Part shown: one piece after another, positions 31,238 through 41,949 of the stretch
Position numbering within the stretch: position 1 is the first letter of the stretch
Layout of the letters: each line of letters opens with the position of its first letter
Origin: Candidatus Nanopelagicales bacterium
GTDB taxonomy: Bacteria; Actinomycetota; Actinomycetes; S36-B12; UBA10799
Length of the DNA stretch: 49,085 nt
NCBI GenBank assembly: GCA_039812085.1
Contig: JBDHZU010000002.1
Coordinates: 1 to 49,085 of the forward strand
Direction: 5' to 3'
Position numbers and translations under genes: made by a program
The notes under the pieces: generated by a model
Database searches by the model: none
Told to the model about the DNA's origin: nothing
Seen by the model: the letters and a program-made list of their open reading frames with translations, nothing else

Positions 31238-32145
31238 GCGGTACCACCTCCGCGAGTCAACGAGACCACGACATCTTCCAGGCGGCGCTGACCACTAGAC
31301 AGGTTCGATACCGACTGTCCGGTCTCGGCGAACCACCCAGTCACGGCAGCGATCTGGGCGGGATCGACCTTGCCGGTCACGACGTAATGCCCAGGGTGCG
31401 ATTGCGTCACCGTCGCCGAATCCAGCCGAGTCGATAGATCTGATAAGTCCAGGTGTGGTTGCGCGTCGAATTCGAGGACGGGAGCTGTGGAAGCGGTGAG
31501 TTCGGCAGGAGTCCCCGCGGCAACTGCCCGACCATCCGCGATCACAACGACGTGATTGGCAAGACGTTCTACGTCATCCATCAAGTGAGTGGTGAGCAGG
31601 ATCGTGACTCCGGCCGTCCGTAATCGATCGATGACATCCCACACCACATGTTTGGCCTGCGGATCCAGACCAGCGGTGGGTTCGTCCAGAAACACCAGTT
31701 CAGGTCGTCCGACCAGTGCCATGGCGAGCTTGAGTCGCTGCTGCTCTCCGCCTGACATGCGACGGAAGGTGGTCGTGACGGTATCGAGTTTCAGGACGTG
31801 TGCCAGCTCATCAACGGGTAGGGGAGTGCGATGCATGGCTGCAACGCTGCGCAGAGCTTCCAACGGACGTGCAGAGGAGGGAACTCCGCCGTTCTGCAGC
31901 ATCACACCCACTCGGGTGCGCAGAACATTTCCGTCTGAGTCTGGGTTGAGGTCGAGGACACGAACCTCGCCAGAATGTGCCTGGCGCAGACCTTCGCAGA
32001 CCTCGATTGTGCTGGTCTTACCCGCACCGTTGGGGCCGACGATTGCGGTGACTTTCCCTAACTGCGCGGTCAGGCTCAAACCGTTGACCGCAGTCGATGA
32101 TCCGTACCGCACGACAAGGTCGCGGATATCGACAGCATTGGGCAC
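31234..32145 (-). CDS. ABC transporter ATP-binding protein
   Basis: Walker A GPNGAGKTS, signature MSGGEQQRL, Walker B LVFLDEP. GTG start. Confidence 0.9.
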   Translation of the reverse strand: MPNAVDIRDLVVRYGSSTAVNGLSLTAQLGKVTAIVGPNGAGKTSTIEVCEGLRQAHSGEVRVLDLNPDSDGNVLRTRVGVMLQNGGVPSSARPLEALRSVAAMHRTPLPVDELAHVLKLDTVTTTFRRMSGGEQQRLKLAMALVGRPELVFLDEPTAGLDPQAKHVVWDVIDRLRTAGVTILLTTHLMDDVERLANHVVVIADGRAVAAGTPAELTASTAPVLEFDAQPHLDLSDLSTRLDSATVTQSHPGHYVVTGKVDPAQIAAVTGWFAETGQSVSNLSSGQRRLEDVVVSLTRGGGTA

Positions 32146-32151
32146 TCATCG

Positions 32152-32157
32152 AGTGTA
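32152..32157 (-). promoter_or_regulatory. candidate -10 hexamer TACACT (minus strand), 6 nt upstream of GTG 32145
   Basis: Plus-strand agtgta at 32152-32157 reads TACACT on the minus strand. The spacer is cgatga, then GTG. No SD. Confidence 0.3.
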
Positions 32158-32195
32158 GGTCGCGACCGTGAGGTGCATGACCAGTAGTGAGTACA

Positions 32196-32276
32196 AGACC
32201 CATATAGGGGTCTGAGAGCTACCGCACAGGAACCGGGTCTATCCCGTTGTCGATAAATAGGGAACAATGGGGTTGT
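32196..32276. promoter_or_regulatory. candidate operator region upstream of sufR (nested inverted repeats)
   Basis: AGACCC (32196-32201)-N6-GGGTCT (32208-32213). CCCGTTGT (32243-32250)-N13-ACAATGGG (32264-32271), 7/8 complementary. ACAA-N5-TTGT (32264-32276) abuts the GTG start. Confidence 0.3.
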
Positions 32277-32961
32277 GGAAATCGCCGTTTCTCCTGCCGC
32301 GACTCGAGTCGCGAATCTTTTGCTGGAGTCCGGCGCCCTGACTGCCACCCAACTTGCTGAACAACTTGGCCTTACCGGAACGGCAGTTCGCAAACACCTC
32401 GATGCACTTGTTGCGGCTGGTTGGGCTGAGGCATCCGAACGTGCGCCCTATGGGCCGACCCGTCCCCGTGGTCGTGGTCGTCCCGCCAAGGTGTACAGCC
32501 TGACTGCGGGAGGTCGGGAAAATTTCACGGCCGCCTATGACGAACTCGCTGCCGCTGCGATTCGACAACTGGAAGTCCTCGGCGGTGCGGAAGCCGTTAC
32601 GCAATTTGCTCGGCAACGCTCGGCAGACATGGTCAGCCGCTACGCCGACAAGGTCGACCTCACGGCATCCACTGAACAACGCGTAGAGCAATTGGCACAG
32701 CTCCTACGTGAAGACGGTTTTGCGGCAACGCTTGACCCGGCAACAAACGGCATCCAGTTATGCCAGCACCATTGCCCTGTGGCCCATGTGGCCGAACAGT
32801 TCCCTCAACTGTGTGACGCGGAGACCGAAGCGTTTGGCGACGTGCTCGGTACCCATGTCACTCGCTTAGCCACCATCGCTCACGGCGACTGTGTGTGTAC
32901 GACCCATGTGGCCGTCACGGATGGGGCAAGCGCTGAAAAGAAAGAACGGACAACCGCATGA
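32275..32961 (+). CDS. sufR: ArsR-type Fe-S cluster biogenesis regulator SufR
   Basis: N-terminal winged HTH ([22 protein letters not shown]). C-terminal Cys ligands (CQHHCPVAH...CDAE...CVC). Directly upstream of sufB with an ATGA overlap. Confidence 0.85.
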   Translation: MEIAVSPAATRVANLLLESGALTATQLAEQLGLTGTAVRKHLDALVAAGWAEASERAPYGPTRPRGRGRPAKVYSLTAGGRENFTAAYDELAAAAIRQLEVLGGAEAVTQFARQRSADMVSRYADKVDLTASTEQRVEQLAQLLREDGFAATLDPATNGIQLCQHHCPVAHVAEQFPQLCDAETEAFGDVLGTHVTRLATIAHGDCVCTTHVAVTDGASAEKKERTTA

Positions 32962-34373
32962 CGAATACCGTTGAGCATCCAGAACTTGAAGGTCTGGGCA
33001 ATTACGAATATGGCTGGTCCGATTCGGACGCTGCCGGAGCTACTGCACGCCGTGGCTTGTCCGAAGAAGTCGTCCGGGAGATTTCTGCGCTGAAGAACGA
33101 GCCGGAATGGATGCTCGACCTGCGCCTCAAGGGTCTGAAGCTGTTCGAACGTAAGCCCATGCCCAACTGGGGTGCGGACTTGTCGGATATCGACTTCGAC
33201 AACATCAAGTACTTCGTGCGTTCCACCGAGAAGCAGGCCCAAAGCTGGGAAGAACTACCCGAAGACATCAAGAACACCTACGACCGACTCGGTATCCCCG
33301 AGGCGGAGAAGCAGCGCCTGGTTGCCGGTGTGGCTGCTCAGTACGAATCTGAGGTCGTCTACCACGCCATTCGTGACGATCTAGAGGAACAAGGTGTCAT
33401 CTTCTTGGACACCGACTCCGGGTTGAAGGAACACGAAGACCTGTTCCGTGAACACTTCGCATCCGTGATCCCCGTGGGAGACAACAAGTTCGCTGCACTG
33501 AACACCGCCGTATGGTCCGGTGGCTCGTTCATCTATGTGCCCAAGGGTGTTCACGTCGAGATCCCGCTGCAGGCCTACTTCCGAATCAACACAGAGAACA
33601 TGGGCCAGTTCGAACGCACGCTAATCATCGTGGATGAGGACGCCTACGTTCACTACGTCGAAGGCTGCACCGCGCCGATCTACTCCAGCGATTCGCTGCA
33701 CTCCGCGGTCGTAGAGATCATCGTCAAGCCCGGTGGACGCTGCCGATACACGACTATCCAGAACTGGTCGAACAACGTCTACAACCTGGTGACCAAGCGC
33801 GCCACTGCACAAGCCGGCGCCACCATGGAATGGATCGACGGCAACCTTGGATCCAAGGTCACCATGAAGTACCCCGCTGTGTGGCTGATGGGTGAGCACG
33901 CCAAGGGCGAGACATTGAGCATCGCGTTTGCTGGCGAAGGTCAACATCAAGATGCTGGATCGAAGATGGTGCACGCGGCTCCGAACACGATGTCCAGCAT
34001 CGTGAGCAAGTCCGTTGCCCGTGGCGGCGGCCGTACCTCCTACCGAGGTTTGGTGCAGGTTTTGGAGGGCGCCAAGAAGTCAGCCAGCACCGTGCGCTGC
34101 GACGCGCTGCTCGTTGATGACATCAGCCGGTCGGATACCTACCCCTACGTCGACGTTCGAGAAGACGACGTGTCGATGGGCCACGAGGCCAGTGTGAGCA
34201 AGGTTGGCGAAGACCAGTTGTTCTACCTGATGTCACGCGGACTGACCGAGGAAGACGCCATGGCGATGATCGTCCGTGGCTTCATCGAGCCGATTGCCCG
34301 CGAACTGCCCATGGAATACGCGTTGGAGCTCAACCGATTGATCGAATTGCAGATGGAAGGAGCAGTTGGCTGA
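32958..34373 (+). CDS. sufB: Fe-S cluster assembly protein SufB
   Basis: 471 aa, highly conserved SufB sequence ([18 protein letters not shown]). No intein insertion. Confidence 0.97.
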   Translation: MTNTVEHPELEGLGNYEYGWSDSDAAGATARRGLSEEVVREISALKNEPEWMLDLRLKGLKLFERKPMPNWGADLSDIDFDNIKYFVRSTEKQAQSWEELPEDIKNTYDRLGIPEAEKQRLVAGVAAQYESEVVYHAIRDDLEEQGVIFLDTDSGLKEHEDLFREHFASVIPVGDNKFAALNTAVWSGGSFIYVPKGVHVEIPLQAYFRINTENMGQFERTLIIVDEDAYVHYVEGCTAPIYSSDSLHSAVVEIIVKPGGRCRYTTIQNWSNNVYNLVTKRATAQAGATMEWIDGNLGSKVTMKYPAVWLMGEHAKGETLSIAFAGEGQHQDAGSKMVHAAPNTMSSIVSKSVARGGGRTSYRGLVQVLEGAKKSASTVRCDALLVDDISRSDTYPYVDVREDDVSMGHEASVSKVGEDQLFYLMSRGLTEEDAMAMIVRGFIEPIARELPMEYALELNRLIELQMEGAVG

Positions 34374-35548
34374 TGACTGCTCCCACTTCGGCATTCAACG
34401 AACGCGAAATCCAAATCTCTGCACCAGCAGCCACTAAGGCCGAAATCCTGGCCTCGTTCAACCCTGACGACTTTGTCACGCCCACTGGGCGAGAAGAAGA
34501 CTGGAGATTCACTCCCGTTCGTCGAGTCGCTGCGTTGTTTGAGCCGCTGCCGGACAGCACAGGCGTGGATGTCGTGGTGAATGCACCGGATTCCGTCACC
34601 GTCGAGAAGGTCAGTAGTGACGACCCTCGCCTTGGTGATGCATTGGTGCCAGTGGACCGGGCAAGCGTGTTGGCCTGGGACGGCGCGACCGAAGCGCTCG
34701 TTGTCTCAGTGCCAGATCGGACCGAGGTTGCTGAGCCGATCCGAATTGACGTGTCGGGCAACGGATTCAGCTACGGACTGACCCAACTGCGAGTTGGTGC
34801 CGATTCCGGTGCAACGTTCGTCATCGACAACCGTGGTTCGGCCACCCGATCGGACAACATTGAGGTGCTGGTTGGTGATCGCTCCCGTGTGACCTTCGTC
34901 AGCATCCAGGACTGGGAGCGCGACGCCGTTCACCTCGGTCGGATTCATACCCGAATCGGACGCGACGCCTCCACCACGCAGATCGTGGCCACCTTCGGCG
35001 GCGACATCGTGCGTTTGGTGTCCACGGTCGAATACGACGGCCCCGGTGGGTCAGCCGATCTGCTCGGTGCCTACTTCGCCGATGCCGGTCAGCATCTGGA
35101 ACACCGACTGTTTGCCGATCACGACGAAACCCACTGCCGCAGCAACGTGGTCTACAAGGGTGCATTGCAAGGCGAACACGCTCGCACCGTATGGATTGGT
35201 GACGTGCTCATTCGTGCCAACGCAGTCGGCACGGATACGTACGAAATCAACCGCAACCTGGTGCTCAGCGATGGAGCTCGGGCTGACTCGGTTCCCAACC
35301 TGGAAATCGAAACCGGTGAAATTGCTGGTGCCGGCCATGCCAGTGCCACCGGTCGTTTTGATGATGAACAACTGTTCTACCTGCAGTCACGTGGCATCCC
35401 TGCCGACGAGGCTCGTCGTCTCGTCGTGCGTGGATTCTTCACCGATGTGTTGGATCGCATTCCACAAGAAGACATCCGCGATCGGCTGTGGCAGGTCGTG
35501 GAAGACGAAGTGTCTACGGTGATCGCTCCCGCAGGCGGCCAGAAATGA
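34373..35548 (+). CDS. sufD: Fe-S cluster assembly protein SufD
   Basis: 391 aa. SufBD beta-helix C-terminal region (GHASATGRFDDEQLFYLQSRGI). TGATG overlap with sufB. Confidence 0.93.
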   Translation: MTAPTSAFNEREIQISAPAATKAEILASFNPDDFVTPTGREEDWRFTPVRRVAALFEPLPDSTGVDVVVNAPDSVTVEKVSSDDPRLGDALVPVDRASVLAWDGATEALVVSVPDRTEVAEPIRIDVSGNGFSYGLTQLRVGADSGATFVIDNRGSATRSDNIEVLVGDRSRVTFVSIQDWERDAVHLGRIHTRIGRDASTTQIVATFGGDIVRLVSTVEYDGPGGSADLLGAYFADAGQHLEHRLFADHDETHCRSNVVYKGALQGEHARTVWIGDVLIRANAVGTDTYEINRNLVLSDGARADSVPNLEIETGEIAGAGHASATGRFDDEQLFYLQSRGIPADEARRLVVRGFFTDVLDRIPQEDIRDRLWQVVEDEVSTVIAPAGGQK

Positions 35549-35885
35549 GCGATGAGTTCCATCCGACGATTCGTCTATCCGAACTTCCGGAAGGCACCGC
35601 GCGGCGAATTGAAATGGATGGGGTGGAAGTTGCCCTCATCCATTCCGAAGGCCAGGTTTTTGCCATCGATGACATCTGTTCGCACGGTGAGGTCTCACTG
35701 TCCGAAGGCGAAGTCGAAGGTTGCTTCATCGAATGCTGGCTGCATGGTTCGCGCTTCGATATTCGTACCGGCGAACCGGCCGGGCCACCGGCAACAGAAC
35801 CTGTTCCCACCTATGCGGTACGGCTGGAAGCCGATACCGACGACCCCACAATCTTTGTCGCTGTAACTCAAGGAGCTGGACACAC

Positions 35886-35898
<13 letters not shown>
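35545..35898 (+). CDS. Rieske-type [2Fe-2S] ferredoxin (non-heme iron oxygenase ferredoxin subunit-like)
   Basis: ORF 35488..35898. ATG 35545 overlaps the sufD stop (ATGA). CSHGEVSL and CWLHGSRF Rieske ligand motifs. Confidence 0.88.
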
Positions 35899-38417
<2,519 letters not shown>

Positions 38418-38421
<4 letters not shown>

Positions 38422-38735
38422 CTGCCACAGTGACCAAAGACGACGTTTTCGAGGCGATGAAAGATGTCGTTGATCCGGAATTAGGGATCAACGTCGTTGA
38501 TCTCGGCCTGGTGTATGACGTGACTGTCGAGACGGACAACACGGCAACCGTAGACATGACCTTGACGTCTGCCGCATGTCCGTTGACCGACGAGATCGAA
38601 GACCAGACCCGAGCCGCCCTTGATGGCGTGGTGGAAGATTTCCGTATCAACTGGGTTTGGATGCCGCCGTGGGGTCCAGACAAGATCACCGATGAGGGTA
38701 GGGAAATGCTGCGCGCCATCGGTTTTAACGTCTGA
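38418..38735 (+). CDS. sufT: DUF59-type metal-sulfur cluster assembly factor (SufT-like)
   Basis: ORF 38337..38735. ATG 38418 overlaps the sufU stop (ATGA). DPELGINVVDLGLVY and TSAACPL motifs. Confidence 0.88.
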
Positions 38736-38819
38736 ACGTCCTACTTTTGCGCCAACCTAGAAACCGCTGCTGCGGTATAACCCATCATGGCGAATGGGAT
38801 GCAGGTGTCGCAGATTGCG

Positions 38820-39062
38820 TTAAACGCTGTAGCGCCGGGCCGCAATGACAGCGTCGACGTACTCATTGAGGTCTGGGAAGATTTCACGAACCTGCCGCAC
38901 CAGATCAAGAGGAATATCAAAACCCTCTCCGACGGCATCGGTAAGACACGTCTGCACCGCCAACCACAGTTCCCCGGCTCCGCTTTCTTCGGTCATGAGT
39001 TGCACGGTGTCATCAGGCATCGGTAGGGCGAGGAGTTGCTCCACGAGCTGCTCTGCGGTCAT
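38820..39062 (-). CDS. hypothetical small acidic protein (80 aa)
   Basis: Intact ORF that fills most of an otherwise unassigned gap. Codon third positions look coding-like. Leaderless-type -10 (TACGAT) sits 6 nt upstream of the ATG. I recognise no family motif. Confidence 0.5.
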   Translation of the reverse strand: MTAEQLVEQLLALPMPDDTVQLMTEESGAGELWLAVQTCLTDAVGEGFDIPLDLVRQVREIFPDLNEYVDAVIAARRYSV

Positions 39063-39068
39063 GCGGAC

Positions 39069-39074
39069 ATCGTA
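39069..39074 (-). promoter_or_regulatory. candidate -10 hexamer TACGAT (minus strand), 6 nt upstream of ATG 39062
   Basis: Plus-strand atcgta at 39069-39074 reads TACGAT on the minus strand. The spacer is gtccgc, then ATG. No SD. Confidence 0.35.
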
Positions 39075-39103
39075 AGAGTTTCAGTCGGTAACCTGGAGTC
39101 ACT

Positions 39104-40702
39104 GTGCTTACTGCATCCAAGATCGAGCTGCGCGCCGGCGCGCGTTTACTGCTCGCTGATGGGGCGCTACAAGTTGGACCGGGCGATCGAATTGGACTTG
39201 TTGGTCGCAATGGTGCGGGTAAGACCACGCTGATGAAGGTGCTGGCAGGTCTGGGAGAACCGGCTGCTGGCAGTGTGACCAGACCATCAAGCATTGGTTA
39301 TCTCGCGCAGGATCCAGAAGCGGCTGATCCCGCACAAACCGTCCGGCAGCGCCTCTTGAGCGCTCGTGGCATGGCCGACATCGAACAGCGGATGCGGACT
39401 GCAGAAAAGCAAATGGCATCAGCGGACGATGAGACTCGAGACAAGGCCATGCGTCGCTACGCCAACGCTGAGCAGGCATTCATCACTGCTGGTGGGTATG
39501 CCGCAACTGCGGAAGCCGCATCTGTGGCAGCCGGTATCGGAATCACCGACCGCATGCTTGATAGCCAACTCGGGAATCTGTCGGGTGGTCAGCGTCGTCG
39601 GGTGGAACTGGCTCGAATCTTGTTCGGCGAACAGTCGCTGTTATTGCTCGATGAACCCACCAACCACCTCGATGCTGACTCGATCGTGTGGCTGCGCGGT
39701 TTTCTGCAGAATCATTCCTCCGGATTGGTTGTCATCAGTCACGATGTCGAACTTCTCAGTGATGTCGTCAACAAGGTCGCCTTTTTGGATGCTGATCGTC
39801 AGGTGCTGGATAACTACAACATCGGTTGGGACGCCTACCTGAAGGCCCGCGCCACGGATGAGAAGCGTCGTCGCAGAGAACGAGCGAATGCGGAACGAAC
39901 CGCAGATACCTTGAGTGCCCAAGCAGAGAAAATGCGAGCCAAAGCGACGAAGGCTCGGGCCGCACAACAGATGCTGAAACGCGCAGAGAAACTGCGCGAT
40001 GGTAGCCCGGAATTAGGTCGCGCCGAGAAAGTGGCACGACTTCGGTTCCCGGAACCACAGGCATGTGGACGTGTGCCGTTGACGGCGAGGGATCTGTCGA
40101 AGTCGTACGGATCACTAGAAGTCTTTGTCGGAATTGATCTGGCGATCGACAAGGGTTCGCGGGTGGTCATCATCGGGCTCAACGGTGCCGGTAAAACCAC
40201 ATTGCTCCGAGTGCTCGCTGGAGAAGAGAAGTCGGATACCGGTGAAGTGATTGCCGGACACGGCCTCAAATTGGGCTACTTCGCGCAGGAACACGACACT
40301 CTCGAACGCGACAAATCACTGTTGGACAACGTGGTTCGCGCAGCCCCAGAAATTAGTGAACAGAACGCTCGTGACCTCTTGGGTTCCTTCTTGTTTTCCG
40401 GTGATCGCGTCGACCAGTTGGCGGGGACGTTATCGGGCGGTGAACGTACGCGGTTGGCATTGGCGATGCTGGTGGTATCAGGAGCAAATGTGCTGCTACT
40501 GGACGAACCCACCAACAACTTGGACCCCGCCAGCCGTGAGCAAGTGTTGAACGCACTGGACGGATATCCCGGTGCGGTGTTGCTGGTGACTCACGATGTG
40601 GGTGCAGTCGACGCGTTACAGCCGGAACGTGTGTTGGTTTTACCGGAGGGCGCCGAAGATTTGTTTAACGAGAGTTATCGCGATCTCGTTGACATGGCGT
40701 GA
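39104..40702 (+). CDS. ABC-F family ATPase (translation-associated, two NBDs, no TM domain)
   Basis: 532 aa. Two Walker A motifs (GRNGAGKTT, GLNGAGKTT) and two signature motifs (LSGGQRRR, LSGGERTR), separated by an Arg/Lys-rich helical linker. GTG start with GGAG SD. Confidence 0.92.
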   Translation: MLTASKIELRAGARLLLADGALQVGPGDRIGLVGRNGAGKTTLMKVLAGLGEPAAGSVTRPSSIGYLAQDPEAADPAQTVRQRLLSARGMADIEQRMRTAEKQMASADDETRDKAMRRYANAEQAFITAGGYAATAEAASVAAGIGITDRMLDSQLGNLSGGQRRRVELARILFGEQSLLLLDEPTNHLDADSIVWLRGFLQNHSSGLVVISHDVELLSDVVNKVAFLDADRQVLDNYNIGWDAYLKARATDEKRRRRERANAERTADTLSAQAEKMRAKATKARAAQQMLKRAEKLRDGSPELGRAEKVARLRFPEPQACGRVPLTARDLSKSYGSLEVFVGIDLAIDKGSRVVIIGLNGAGKTTLLRVLAGEEKSDTGEVIAGHGLKLGYFAQEHDTLERDKSLLDNVVRAAPEISEQNARDLLGSFLFSGDRVDQLAGTLSGGERTRLALAMLVVSGANVLLLDEPTNNLDPASREQVLNALDGYPGAVLLVTHDVGAVDALQPERVLVLPEGAEDLFNESYRDLVDMA

Positions 40703-40729
40703 CGTTAAGGCGTGACGAACACCGCTTAC

Positions 40730-40764
40730 TGGTTGGGTGAATCTTCAACCAATGTGTGTTCATC
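40730..40764 (+). terminator. weak candidate intrinsic terminator after ABC-F
   Basis: TGGTTG (40730-40735) pairs with CAACCA (40746-40751) across a 10-nt loop, followed by atgtgtgttcatc. The stem is short and the U-tract poor. Confidence 0.2.
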
Positions 40765-40889
40765 AGACGTAATGTGGTTGACGTTCACACGACTTGCCGA
40801 ACGTGGTGCTTGTCGTCGTAATCGAAAGAAGTCAGGATCGACCTACCGCCGGATTCCCGGCGAGCAAAACAGAAAGACTGGAGGGCATC

Positions 40890-41117
40890 GTGCCTCAGCT
40901 GACTAAAGGTCGCCGCGTCGTTGGTAGCGAACGCGACAAGCTGGCCACCGACCTGAAGAAGAAGTACACCTCAGGATCGAGCATTCGTGAGTTGGCCGAA
41001 TCGACTGGTCGTTCGTACGGATTCGTACATCGCGTCCTGTCCGAGTCTGGTGTCACTCTGCGCGGTCGCGGTGGCGCAACCCGCGGCAAGAAGGCCGCAG
41101 CCAAGAAAAAGAAGTGA
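40890..41117 (+). CDS. small helix-turn-helix DNA-binding protein with Lys-rich tail
   Basis: ORF 40794..41117. GTG 40890 is preceded by GGAGGG at a 4-nt spacing. SIRELAESTGRSYGFVHRVLSESGVTLRGRGG is HTH-like. Tail is GKKAAAKKKK. Same neighbourhood (ABC-F, enoyl-CoA hydratase) as the small regulator I recall in mycobacteria. Confidence 0.78.
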   Translation: MPQLTKGRRVVGSERDKLATDLKKKYTSGSSIRELAESTGRSYGFVHRVLSESGVTLRGRGGATRGKKAAAKKKK

Positions 41118-41127
41118 GCTTTCGACT

Positions 41128-41949
41128 GTGAGCGAGACGATGGTCCCGGATGAGGGCCAAAGTCTCGTTTTCATCGATGGGGCTCTAACGATCACTCGTG
41201 AGGGCCCCATCGTCACGATTCGGTTGACGAATCCGGATCAGCGCAATGCGCAGATCCCACAGTTGTGGCGTGAGTTGGCCGCTTTTGGTGAACAACTCCC
41301 CGCAGATGTGCGCGCGGTTGTTTTGCGTGCCGATGGACAATCCTTCTCTGCCGGGCTTGATCGGCGAATGTTCGCCGAGGGTGTGCCAGGCGAGAAGCCA
41401 TTAGCTGAGATGGCGAACATGTCGGACGACGAGTTCGACCAACTCATCGCCGAGTTCCAGCGGGGTTTCACCTGGTGGCGAGAAAGCCCTGCCGTCACCA
41501 TCGCCCTCGTCCAGGGGCACGCAGTCGGCGCAGGTTTCCAACTGGCCTTAGCCGCTGACCTGCTCATCGTGGCCCCAGACGTTCAGTTCGCCATGAAGGA
41601 GACTTCGCTGGGATTGGTGCCAGACCTTGCCGGAACCCAGCCGTTGGTCGAAGCAGTTGGCTATGCGCGAGCGATGGAGATCTGCACCAGTGGACGTTGG
41701 GTAGATGCTGACGAAGCCGTCCGGATCGGCCTTGCCCTACGCAGTGTCCCGGTCGATCAGTTCGATGCCACCGTGACAGAAATCCTGACACCCATTCTTA
41801 ATGCATTGCCGTCGGCCGTTGCCGAGACAAAATTCCTGCTGCGCGATGCCGTTACCCGTACCCGCGACGAGCAATGTGCAGCCGAACGTCAGGCGCAGCG
41901 TCGTCGGATCAACGAATTGGCTGACCTGATGGGAATCAGAGGAAGCTGA
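41128..41949 (+). CDS. enoyl-CoA hydratase/isomerase family protein
   Basis: ORF 40987..41949. Start at GTG 41128 or ATG 41140. Crotonase motifs (FSAGLD, GHAVGAGFQLALAADL). Confidence 0.85.
   Translation: MSETMVPDEGQSLVFIDGALTITREGPIVTIRLTNPDQRNAQIPQLWRELAAFGEQLPADVRAVVLRADGQSFSAGLDRRMFAEGVPGEKPLAEMANMSDDEFDQLIAEFQRGFTWWRESPAVTIALVQGHAVGAGFQLALAADLLIVAPDVQFAMKETSLGLVPDLAGTQPLVEAVGYARAMEICTSGRWVDADEAVRIGLALRSVPVDQFDATVTEILTPILNALPSAVAETKFLLRDAVTRTRDEQCAAERQAQRRRINELADLMGIRGS

Noticed and set aside
32958-34373. Possible intein in SufB, as occurs in some mycobacteria.
   Set aside because: The ORF is 471 aa, the normal intein-free length, and the conserved blocks are contiguous.
35721-35885. 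N-terminal extensions proposed by the ORF track: sufC 35721, sufU 37822, sufT 38337, TrmH 47972, yvcK 18417, enoyl-CoA hydratase 40987, uvrC 15672, uvrA 11338, MBL 11016, Rieske 35488 and HTH 40794.
   Set aside because: The extensions overlap upstream genes in another frame and translate to Arg/Cys/His-rich junk. Conserved family N-termini begin at internal ATG/GTG codons that have SD sites, stop/start overlaps or -10 hexamers.
38763-38776. Hairpin ACCGC-TGCT-GCGGT downstream of the 80-aa ORF and sufT, considered as a bidirectional terminator.
   Set aside because: It has only a 5-bp stem, and the U-tract is short on the minus strand (TTTCT) and absent on the plus strand. I could not support it.
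40712-40906. A 64-aa GTG-initiated ORF in the leader of the small HTH gene.
   Set aside because: GC at third codon positions is low compared with neighbouring genes, there is no SD, it overlaps the SD and start of the HTH gene, and the peptide is Arg/Lys-rich and nonsensical.
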